Shown here: one piece after another, positions 56,370 to 64,000 of the stretch
How positions within the stretch are numbered: the stretch's first letter is position 1
Layout: the number at the start of each line of letters is the position of its first letter
DNA from: Minisyncoccota bacterium
GTDB lineage: Bacteria > Patescibacteriota > Minisyncoccia > Phycocordibacterales > DATDWN01
Length of the DNA stretch: 64,000 nt
Reading direction: 5' to 3'
NCBI GenBank assembly: GCA_036517395.1
Contig: DATDWN010000010.1
Coordinates: forward strand, 33,922-97,921
Notes under the pieces: model-generated
What the model was told of the DNA's origin: nothing
What the model saw: the letters and a program-made list of their open reading frames with translations, nothing else
Databases searched by the model: none
Program-made: the position numbers and the translations under genes

Positions 56370-58303
56370 CATAACAAGGTTGCTGGGTCTATCTTGATCG
56401 TGTATTGAGGCGGGAGCTGGCGCAGCTTTGCGAGCAAAAGTTTATCAACCCATTTGCCCACTGGTAGGGAAATTAAACCATGTATTGTGCACTTACTTTT
56501 GCTCCCAGCAATGAAAGCCTCAAAAACTGTCACCTGGTATGGTTTCATAAACTCCAGTGTTTCCTCCATTTGTTTTTTTATGACATTTTTTTCGCCCTCT
56601 AGGGTTATTTTGATATATGTGGTAAATGGCGGGTATCCGATAGACTCTCGTTCTGCTATCTCATCGCGATAAAAATCAATCAAATTTCCACGCACAGCAT
56701 AGTCAAAGACTTTTGTATTTTCTTGCCGCGTCTGAAATAGTAGATTTTTCTCGGAGATAGCTCGTAGTCCCAGTAGAATATGAAATATTTTTTCGTTTAT
56801 TTGAAAATCAGGAATTGAAAAATATGAGTCAATAGAAACCACAGTGGTATTTTCCACTTTTTGGTTTAGATATGACAGAGCCATCTCTGTTCCGACCATT
56901 ATTCCACCAGCCGTAGCATAAAATGCATCACGGACTTTGACAGCTTGTTTGTGTGTGGATACATTGTCTTTGTCCATGACGAAAAGCATTTTTTTGTTTT
57001 CATTTTCTCCAAGAATTGACCTTACTTCCTCTGCCACTCTTTCAACGCCGATGCCAAGCGGATTTAACCTCCACCCCCCGCAGTGGATACACAACTCTAG
57101 GGCGTCGCGTCTTTCTCCACAATGATTGCAGACAAACAAATTTCCGGTACTTCGCGAAGTCTTTGTTGTTGGTGGTTTACCATATAGTACAACAGGTGCT
57201 TTACAATTTTTGCAAACCACAACCGTGCCACAATCACTACAGAGCGTTATAGGGTAAAGTCCTTTGCGACCGCAAAATAAAAATGTGTGCTCGTTATTTT
57301 CTCTTCCTTTTTTGATCAGGCTTACAAGTTTTTGATCAAATATTTTGAACTCCTTTTTCTTCATATCCTGTGGAGTCTTCATGTTTACTATCTGGCAGTT
57401 GGCCGTCGAGAGAGATCTAAATTTAAGAGGGGATAGTTCCGAGTACACGCCTGCTTTCTCACGCCATATTGTTTCTGTGCGCAAGAGTGTGTCGCCAAAA
57501 ACCAGTCGGATACCGAGCTCTCTTGCTACCATCTCCGCCACGCCACGAATATCTATGAAGGGTCTTGTTTGCATTTTGTAGCCTCTTGAACTTTCTTTGT
57601 CTATGATTATTGTGCCAAGATCACCACGTGGAAGAGATAAAAAAGAACCCGTGCCGATTATCAAAATAGGATGTTCCTCATTAATAGCCTCTTGCCATAT
57701 TTTTAATAATTCTTTTTTTGATACCGGGCGCGAAATTAGCACAGTATATTTTTCTATACCTTTTTCCAAAATAGTTTTGGCGTTCAGCATGTCTTCTGTT
57801 GTTGGTAAGCAGAAAAAAACGCTATGGTCTTTCGCGAACTCTTCACGTATCAGGCTCTTGTATGTGGCGTATCTTTCTTCGTCTTCGGATTGCAAGAGGA
57901 CGGTTTCATAAAACCTTCCAGAGGTTACCCCAGAGGTCTTGTCTGTGGGGTCGTAAGACAATTTATCGCTTCCTTCAAGGATTGCTTTTGGGATAAGAGC
58001 TGAGAGTACAGCCCCGACGCTTGCCGCGTTATAATCCGCTATCTTCTGCGCGGCTTCTATGAAGGCAGGTGAGAGAAATGTTCTAGCGGAAATCTTTTCT
58101 ACTTTTTTGATGCTATATGCCAGAGATTTCAATTCGGACTTTATTTCTTGAGCTATTCTACTTCCCGTTACCAATCCGTATGTAGTTTTGCTTCGTAATG
58201 GTACAGAAACGATAGAGCCCACCGGCACTTCTTTGTTCGTAAAATAAGTCAGCGTGTCCTTGGATATGCCTCGGCTTATAGGAATGACCGTAATAATGCG
58301 CAT
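56369..58303 (-). CDS. priA: primosomal protein N' (degenerate helicase motifs)
   Basis: N-terminal VPL motif, four CxxC pairs, GYPPF, IDP C-terminus. Confidence 0.9.
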   Translation of the reverse strand: MRIITVIPISRGISKDTLTYFTNKEVPVGSIVSVPLRSKTTYGLVTGSRIAQEIKSELKSLAYSIKKVEKISARTFLSPAFIEAAQKIADYNAASVGAVLSALIPKAILEGSDKLSYDPTDKTSGVTSGRFYETVLLQSEDEERYATYKSLIREEFAKDHSVFFCLPTTEDMLNAKTILEKGIEKYTVLISRPVSKKELLKIWQEAINEEHPILIIGTGSFLSLPRGDLGTIIIDKESSRGYKMQTRPFIDIRGVAEMVARELGIRLVFGDTLLRTETIWREKAGVYSELSPLKFRSLSTANCQIVNMKTPQDMKKKEFKIFDQKLVSLIKKGRENNEHTFLFCGRKGLYPITLCSDCGTVVVCKNCKAPVVLYGKPPTTKTSRSTGNLFVCNHCGERRDALELCIHCGGWRLNPLGIGVERVAEEVRSILGENENKKMLFVMDKDNVSTHKQAVKVRDAFYATAGGIMVGTEMALSYLNQKVENTTVVSIDSYFSIPDFQINEKIFHILLGLRAISEKNLLFQTRQENTKVFDYAVRGNLIDFYRDEIAERESIGYPPFTTYIKITLEGEKNVIKKQMEETLEFMKPYQVTVFEAFIAGSKSKCTIHGLISLPVGKWVDKLLLAKLRQLPPQYTIKIDPATLL

Positions 58304-58384
58304 GGGGGTATTATAACAAAAAACATTGAATTAATTGTCTTAGAAGATCCTTATCAAATCATAAAATATAACATCAATTTTTTA

Positions 58385-59158
58385 TCAAATAATCACTTGT
58401 ATCAGGGTTTCTCCGTCCAAAACATAAATAAAACTAGGGTCGGTTTCTATGAAATGCGGGTCGGTGCCACGGAATATTGGTATGAAATTTTGGGTTCCGC
58501 TTTTGTCGGTTTCTATGACGAAGACAGAATTGCTCGTGGAGAAAATGATAGCGTCGGAGCGATCTTTATAAAAATAAATGTTTCTTATGGGTGTTTCTGA
58601 TTTTATTACTAAGGTCCCCCCTGGGTCTTTCCTAGGAGAATTTACCATGATTGCGTTGCTTCCAAGCCACAATGTTACTGAGCCGTCTTTGCTTGTACGA
58701 GGTGAATCTTTTGTGGGTGGTTTGTCTGCTGAGACTTGATTTCGCAGTTTCCAATATTCAGGATCGTTTTTTGTGATAATCTCACCTGAAACATTTTGAG
58801 TTACGAAAATAGGGAAGAGTGTCACGCTTCCCCCGCTCGACACAATAAAATCTTTTTTCCAAGGGAAGTATCCTTGACGAGAAACGATTATTGAATGTCT
58901 GGTTGGGGTCAGAGAAATTTTCACCACCTCATTGTCTTTTGTCGTTGTGATTTTTTGGTCGGTATCAACGAAAATATCAGTGTTTATTATTGGAATTTCA
59001 ATGGATACCGTGCCCAGTTTTCCTATTTTGAAATTATCCTCGATCCTGTATCCCATTTTGTAGCCAACAAAAACAGCAATCAAAATAATTGTTCCCGTTC
59101 CTGCAAAAACCCAATATTTTTTGTCCCTTCCCATATTTTTAGATTTATCATTATACAC
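58385..59158 (-). CDS. PEGA-like domain membrane protein
   Basis: TM then GYR; VSRQGYFPWKK; start uncertain. Confidence 0.75.
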   Translation of the reverse strand: MYNDKSKNMGRDKKYWVFAGTGTIILIAVFVGYKMGYRIEDNFKIGKLGTVSIEIPIINTDIFVDTDQKITTTKDNEVVKISLTPTRHSIIVSRQGYFPWKKDFIVSSGGSVTLFPIFVTQNVSGEIITKNDPEYWKLRNQVSADKPPTKDSPRTSKDGSVTLWLGSNAIMVNSPRKDPGGTLVIKSETPIRNIYFYKDRSDAIIFSTSNSVFVIETDKSGTQNFIPIFRGTDPHFIETDPSFIYVLDGETLIQVII

Positions 59159-59237
59159 TTAACTTTAGCGGTCGCGAGAATTAAGTGTATGTGTTTTTAA
59201 TTAGAAATTAGGAATTATGTGTGATATTGTATCTCAT

Positions 59238-60251
59238 ATGTCATTTTTCTCAAAAAAACTTGGAATTGACCTCGGCACAGCCAATATTCTGGTCTTTGTT
59301 CCAGGGCGCGGTATCGTCCTAAACGAGCCTTCTGTTGTGGCTGTTTCCGAGGAGGACAACCGCATCGTGGCTATTGGCATAGAGGCCAAGGAAATGATTG
59401 GCCGTACGCCGGAGGCCATCATAGCTTACAGGCCGATGAAAGATGGCGTTATTGCGGACTACAGAGTGACGGAGGCCATGCTACGCCACTACATGGACAA
59501 AGCTCTGGGAAGATGGAACTTTGTAAAACCGGAGGTTCTGGTTTCTGTGCCGGCTGGTGTGACATCGACCGAGAGACGGGCTGTTATAGAAGCGGCTATT
59601 CGTGCTGGAGCAAAAAACGCATATGTGGTCAAAGAGCCGATACTTGCCGCTATTGGTGCGGGCATTCCGATACATCAAGCCATGGGACACATGATAGTTG
59701 ATATAGGTGGTGGAACGACGGACGTAGCAGTCATTTCTCTCGGTGGCATCGTGGCCTCGACTTCGGTCAAATGCGCCGGAAATAAAATTGACTATGCCAT
59801 CACGGACTACATAAAGAAAACATTTAACCTCGGCATTGGCGACAAAACCGCGGAAGATATAAAAATAAAAATCGGCTCAGCCATTCCCCTCGACGAAGAG
59901 CTTTCCATAATGATAAAAGGTCGCGATTTTGTTACGGGACTTCCGCGAAGCGTTGAAATAAAAACAAACGAAGTGGTAAAGGCTATAAGCAAGGACCTGC
60001 GCGAGATGATAAAAGCCATAAAAGATGTTTTGCAGGAAACGCCACCAGAGTTGTCGAGTGACATCATAGATCAGGGGATAATTATGACGGGAGGCACATC
60101 CCAGCTTCGAAACTTCCCCGAGCTTGTTTTTCGACGTACGGGAGTGAAAGCCGTTTTGGCCAAGGATCCGCTCTATTGTGTGGCAAAGGGAACGGGGATT
60201 GCCTTGGAGCATTTGGATGTGTACAAGAAATCGGTGATTAGTAAGCGATAA
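59238..60251 (+). CDS. mreB: rod shape-determining protein
   Basis: GIDLGTAN, EPSVVA, DIGGGTT, TGG. Confidence 0.97.
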   Translation: MSFFSKKLGIDLGTANILVFVPGRGIVLNEPSVVAVSEEDNRIVAIGIEAKEMIGRTPEAIIAYRPMKDGVIADYRVTEAMLRHYMDKALGRWNFVKPEVLVSVPAGVTSTERRAVIEAAIRAGAKNAYVVKEPILAAIGAGIPIHQAMGHMIVDIGGGTTDVAVISLGGIVASTSVKCAGNKIDYAITDYIKKTFNLGIGDKTAEDIKIKIGSAIPLDEELSIMIKGRDFVTGLPRSVEIKTNEVVKAISKDLREMIKAIKDVLQETPPELSSDIIDQGIIMTGGTSQLRNFPELVFRRTGVKAVLAKDPLYCVAKGTGIALEHLDVYKKSVISKR

Positions 60252-60296
60252 AACCCACTCATCATATTTCTCGCAAAACATGATGAGTGGGTTTTA
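60250..60296 (+). terminator. intrinsic terminator
   Basis: aaaacccactcatcat/atgatgagtgggtttt. Confidence 0.7.
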
Positions 60297-60318
60297 AATT
60301 CTTTGATATAATACCTTC

Positions 60319-61005
60319 ATGCAAGAGCTTATTAATTCCTACAAACAATCGAAAAATCTTCATCATGCTTATTTTTTGGTGGGGGATGGAGAAAAAATCT
60401 TTTCGGAATTAAAGAATTTTTTGGAAAAAAGTGTTGGAATCAAAACTTCCGGTAATCCTGATTTTTGGCATGGGAGGTTTAATAGCTTGACCATTGACGA
60501 GGCGAGAGAGATAGCATTGGCTCAAGAGAGAAAATCTTTTGCGGAAGTCGGACTTCCGCAAAAAAAGATCTTCATTATCCAAGCGGACTTTATAAGTCAC
60601 GAAGCCCAGAATTCGCTTCTTAAAGTTTTTGAAGAGCCAACCGCTGGTACTCATTTTTTCATAATCTCTCCCCAAGATATTTTACTCCCCACCCTCCGCT
60701 CCCGAGTTCACACCATAAACATGGCAAGGACGCCCCTTGCCACTAGTATGTCAAGGACAGTCCTTGACATGAAACTAGCAGAGCGATTGGCAAAGGTTAA
60801 AGAGATTGCAGAAGCCATAGGTGATGAGGAGTCGACAAAACAAGATGCAATATCATTTCTAAACGAGGTTGAAAAAGAGTTGCATGAGGTTGGTGTGGAA
60901 AAATCTGCTAAATCACTAGAGGTCTGCCAACTCGCTCGGGCATCACTATATGACCGTGGTGCACCGGTAAAGATGATCCTGGAAAATGTTGTACTTAGTA
61001 TTTAA
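60319..61005 (+). CDS. holB: DNA polymerase III delta'-like subunit (short)
   Basis: HHAYF, EAQNSLLKVFEEP, LPTLRSR. Confidence 0.8.
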   Translation: MQELINSYKQSKNLHHAYFLVGDGEKIFSELKNFLEKSVGIKTSGNPDFWHGRFNSLTIDEAREIALAQERKSFAEVGLPQKKIFIIQADFISHEAQNSLLKVFEEPTAGTHFFIISPQDILLPTLRSRVHTINMARTPLATSMSRTVLDMKLAERLAKVKEIAEAIGDEESTKQDAISFLNEVEKELHEVGVEKSAKSLEVCQLARASLYDRGAPVKMILENVVLSI

Positions 61006-61112
61006 TTTTCAATTATCAATTTTGCAATTTTCATTGAATTTTCAATGAATTAATTTTCAAACATTGAAACATTGAGAATTGACTGAAAATTGAGAACTAA
61101 AAATTGAAAATT
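61004..61112. repeat. AT-rich heptamer-iterated inverted repeat (TTTTCAA/TTGAAAA type)
   Basis: aattttcaattatcaatttt start identical to 14433 copy. Confidence 0.7.
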
Positions 61113-61140
61113 TGGCATGATATGTTATGCTGGTAATCAA

Positions 61141-61692
61141 ATGGCTTACAATTTTTCTCAACTAAAACAAAGTATCGCTACAACCGAGGATTGGCTGAAA
61201 AAGGAGTTCTCTGGTATTCGCACAGGCAGAGCTAATCCGGCTATTCTCGATGGAGTCAAGGTGGAAAGTTATGGATCGTTCATGCCCATAAACCAACTGG
61301 CAAATGTTTCAGTTGCAGACGCGCGGATGCTGGTTATTTCTCCATGGGATTCTTCTCAGGTTAAAGCTATTGAGAAGGCCATAATAGATTCGGGACTCGG
61401 ACTTTCGGTCAACGTCGATGACAAAGGGATTCGAGTTATATTTCCGGAACTAACAAGCGACAGACGGGCTGGACTTTTGAAAATTGCCAAACAAAAACTA
61501 GAGGATGCGCGAGTTACTCTTCGCACAGAAAGGGAGAGGGTGATAAAAGATATAGATAAACAGGAAAAGGAGGGTGTGATGTCCGAGGATGAAAAGTTTC
61601 GCCTGAAAGCCGAACTGCAAAAGATGCTGGACGAATCAGGGAGAAATTTGGAAGGAATGTTTGGGAAGAAAGAAAGGGAGATATCTGAATAA
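61141..61692 (+). CDS. frr: ribosome recycling factor
   Basis: IRTGRANP, PELTSDRR. Confidence 0.96.
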   Translation: MAYNFSQLKQSIATTEDWLKKEFSGIRTGRANPAILDGVKVESYGSFMPINQLANVSVADARMLVISPWDSSQVKAIEKAIIDSGLGLSVNVDDKGIRVIFPELTSDRRAGLLKIAKQKLEDARVTLRTERERVIKDIDKQEKEGVMSEDEKFRLKAELQKMLDESGRNLEGMFGKKEREISE

Positions 61693-61805
61693 TTTACAAT
61701 TTACAATTTTGCAATTTCCAATCAATTCTTAATGGTTCAATGGCCAATTTGAAAATTAATTCATTGAAAATTCAATGAAAATTGAGAACTGAAAATTGAA
61801 AATTT
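61690..61805. repeat. AT-rich heptamer-iterated inverted repeat (TTTTCAA/TTGAAAA type)
   Basis: aatttac/aattttgc units then gaaaattgagaactgaaaattgaaaatt, matching the 61004 copy. Confidence 0.7.
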
Positions 61806-61812
61806 ATTAACC

Positions 61813-62913
61813 ATGTCCATTATCATATTTCTCATCATTCTCGCAATACTCGTTCTTGTTCACGAGCTCGGGCATTTTATTGTTGCCAAAAAATCAGGAA
61901 TAAGAGTCGATGAGTTTGGGTTGGGATTTCCTCCGCGGCTTCTGGCTAAAAAATGGGGAGAGACAACATACACACTGAACGCCATTCCTTTTGGTGGGTT
62001 TGTAAAAATATTTGGTGAGGACAGCCACACGGAGTCTATGTCGGAAGAAGATAAATCAACTAGCTTTTGTTATAAACCGAAATGGGTTCAAGCACTGGTT
62101 CTTGTAGCTGGAGTTACATTTAACATGATATTTGCTTGGCTTGTCATATCTCTCGGCTTTATGATTGGCCTTCCCACTCCCACTGACTATGCAGGTCTGG
62201 GGCAAGTTACAAATCCGCACCTAGTTGTGACAGAAGTCCTCATCAATTCTCCAGCTCAAAAAGCAGGGCTGGAATCAGGCGACAAAATATTGTCCTTATC
62301 CTCTGGTCACATTGTTTTGAAAGACGAAACTCTAACACCCGAAAATGTTCAGCACACTATATCTGAAAGCAAAGCAAAGAGCGTGGAAGTCACGTATAGC
62401 CGAGGTCAAAATCCTCTGGTCGTTGTTTCTATCACACCAAGTACTGATGTTGTCGCTGGCTCTAGAGTAATAGGAATAGCTATGGATATGATAGGCACTC
62501 TCAAACTTCCAATTCATTTGGCTTTGATTGAAGGAGCAAAAACCACATGGTATCTGACGGAGTCCACGCTTATTGGTCTAGGAGGATTTTTGTGGAATGT
62601 GGTGAAGTTTAAATCCGATTTTTCTCAAATCTCCGGTCCTGTGGGTATAGTCTCTGTTGTTTCTCAAGCCAATGCTCTAGGGTTTATATATCTTCTCTCT
62701 CTTATGGCTATCATTTCCATAAACCTCGCTATTATAAACCTCTTGCCTTTTCCCGCTTTGGATGGGGGAAGGCTTTTGTTTGTGGTGATTGAGGCGATTA
62801 TCCGCCGACCCATCTCTCCCAAGTTTGTCAGAATGACAAATACGGTCGGGTTTGCCCTTCTGATTGTTTTAATGATTATCGTAACTGGTCACGACATATT
62901 TAAACTCTTGTGA
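61813..62913 (+). CDS. rseP: RseP-family (M50) intramembrane metalloprotease with PDZ
   Basis: HELGH, IPFGGFV, NLLPFPALDGG. Confidence 0.95.
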   Translation: MSIIIFLIILAILVLVHELGHFIVAKKSGIRVDEFGLGFPPRLLAKKWGETTYTLNAIPFGGFVKIFGEDSHTESMSEEDKSTSFCYKPKWVQALVLVAGVTFNMIFAWLVISLGFMIGLPTPTDYAGLGQVTNPHLVVTEVLINSPAQKAGLESGDKILSLSSGHIVLKDETLTPENVQHTISESKAKSVEVTYSRGQNPLVVVSITPSTDVVAGSRVIGIAMDMIGTLKLPIHLALIEGAKTTWYLTESTLIGLGGFLWNVVKFKSDFSQISGPVGIVSVVSQANALGFIYLLSLMAIISINLAIINLLPFPALDGGRLLFVVIEAIIRRPISPKFVRMTNTVGFALLIVLMIIVTGHDIFKLL

Positions 62914-62925
62914 TAAGATTTGAAC

Positions 62926-64000
62926 ATGCGTCAATCATTACTTTTTACAAAAACTAGAAAAGAAGCTCCAGCAGATGAGGTTTCCAAAAACGCACAGCTT
63001 CTTATCCGCGCTGGCTTCATCCACAAAGAAATGGCGGGAGTATATGATTACTTGCCTTTAGGTTTGCGAGTTATAAACAATTTGCGAAAAATAATAGGAG
63101 AAGAAATGGAAGCTATCGAAAGTCAAGAAGTGTCCCTCTCAACTCTTCAAGACCCAGAAATTTGGAAAGCAACCGACAGGTGGAGTGATGAAAAAGTGGA
63201 TGTTTGGTTCAAGACCAAACTGAAAAATGATACAGAGCTTGGGCTCGGCTGTACTCACGAAGAGCCAATGGTTCGAATGATGAAAGATCACGTGTCATCA
63301 TATCGTGATTTACCAAAATACACACACCAATTTCAGACAAAATTCAGAAATGAATTACGATCCAAATCCGGCATCATGCGCGGGAGGGAATTTCTTATGA
63401 AAGATATGTATTCTTTCAATAAAAGTCTGGAAGAGCTTGACGCTTTTTATGAAAAAGCTATTCAAGCTTACAGAAATGTTTACAACAGAGCGGGAATAGG
63501 CGACAGGACTTATCTGACTTTTGCATCGGGTGGTATGTTTTCCAAATTTAGCCACGAGTTTCAGACTGTTTGTGATGCTGGGGAAGACCACATATATATA
63601 GACAAAGAAAAAAACATGGCCGTGAACGATGAAGTCATGCAGGATGAGATTTTGCAGAGTTTGGATATTAAAAGAGAAAACCTTGTCGAAGCAAAATCGA
63701 TTGAAGTCGGAAATATTTTCAAATACGGAACGAGATATACGACAGAGCTGGGACTTAATTTCAAAGATGAAGAAGGCGACGAAAAAACGGTTGTGCTTGG
63801 AGCCTATGGCATAGGCCTTGGTAGACTTATGGGCACCATAGTTGAATTACTTTCCGATGATAAAGGCATAGTTTGGCCAAAAGGTGTCGCTCCTTTTTCC
63901 GTTCATCTTGTGCGACTTGGAGAAACTCCTGACGTAGTTTCTGCGGCGGATAAACTATATGAAGATTTGAAAAATAAAGGAGTTGAAGTTCTCTACGATG
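62926..64000 (+). CDS. proS: proline--tRNA ligase (runs off window end)
   Basis: MRQSLLFTKTRKEAPADEVSKNAQLLIRAG, THEE, KFRNELR, GREFLMKDMYSF, GAYGIG. Confidence 0.95.
   Translation, partial: MRQSLLFTKTRKEAPADEVSKNAQLLIRAGFIHKEMAGVYDYLPLGLRVINNLRKIIGEEMEAIESQEVSLSTLQDPEIWKATDRWSDEKVDVWFKTKLKNDTELGLGCTHEEPMVRMMKDHVSSYRDLPKYTHQFQTKFRNELRSKSGIMRGREFLMKDMYSFNKSLEELDAFYEKAIQAYRNVYNRAGIGDRTYLTFASGGMFSKFSHEFQTVCDAGEDHIYIDKEKNMAVNDEVMQDEILQSLDIKRENLVEAKSIEVGNIFKYGTRYTTELGLNFKDEEGDEKTVVLGAYGIGLGRLMGTIVELLSDDKGIVWPKGVAPFSVHLVRLGETPDVVSAADKLYEDLKNKGVEVLYD

Noticed and set aside
1-64000. Alternative genetic code (TGA read-through)
   Set aside because: Conserved genes are full length under code 11 and several end in TGA

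Overview
AT-rich bacterial chromosome segment, genetic code 11. Gene content and style (compact housekeeping genes, few Shine-Dalgarno sites, in-frame palindromic insertions) suggest Patescibacteria/Parcubacteria; this is an inference, not a measured placement. Core genes: lexA, rpoB-rpoC-dnaG-rpoD, a UvrD-nuclease helicase, hisS, truB-like, typA, ndk, hpf, fmt-def-priA, mreB, frr, rseP, proS (partial) and tRNA-Asn(GTT). Accessory content: a MazG + DUF2075-S24 putative defence pair, an ECF/two-component/FN3 surface-protein region, a decayed serine-recombinase island at tRNA-Asn and about ten GC-rich orphan genes. The strongest unexplained signal is a family of seven ~133-137 bp elements bounded by (A)TCCGCACACYAAC...GTTRGTGTGCGGA(T). 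Their interiors diverge in sequence but keep a crossing A-B...A'-B' pairing with compensatory changes, occur in both orientations and mostly sit just before start codons. Also notable: two solo RNase-toxin-like genes each face a small convergent structured RNA unit with its own promoter, and two beta-barrel-like secreted proteins occur in a presumed monoderm. No CRISPR array or rRNA was seen. Coordinates of non-ORF features were counted by hand and may be off by a few bases.
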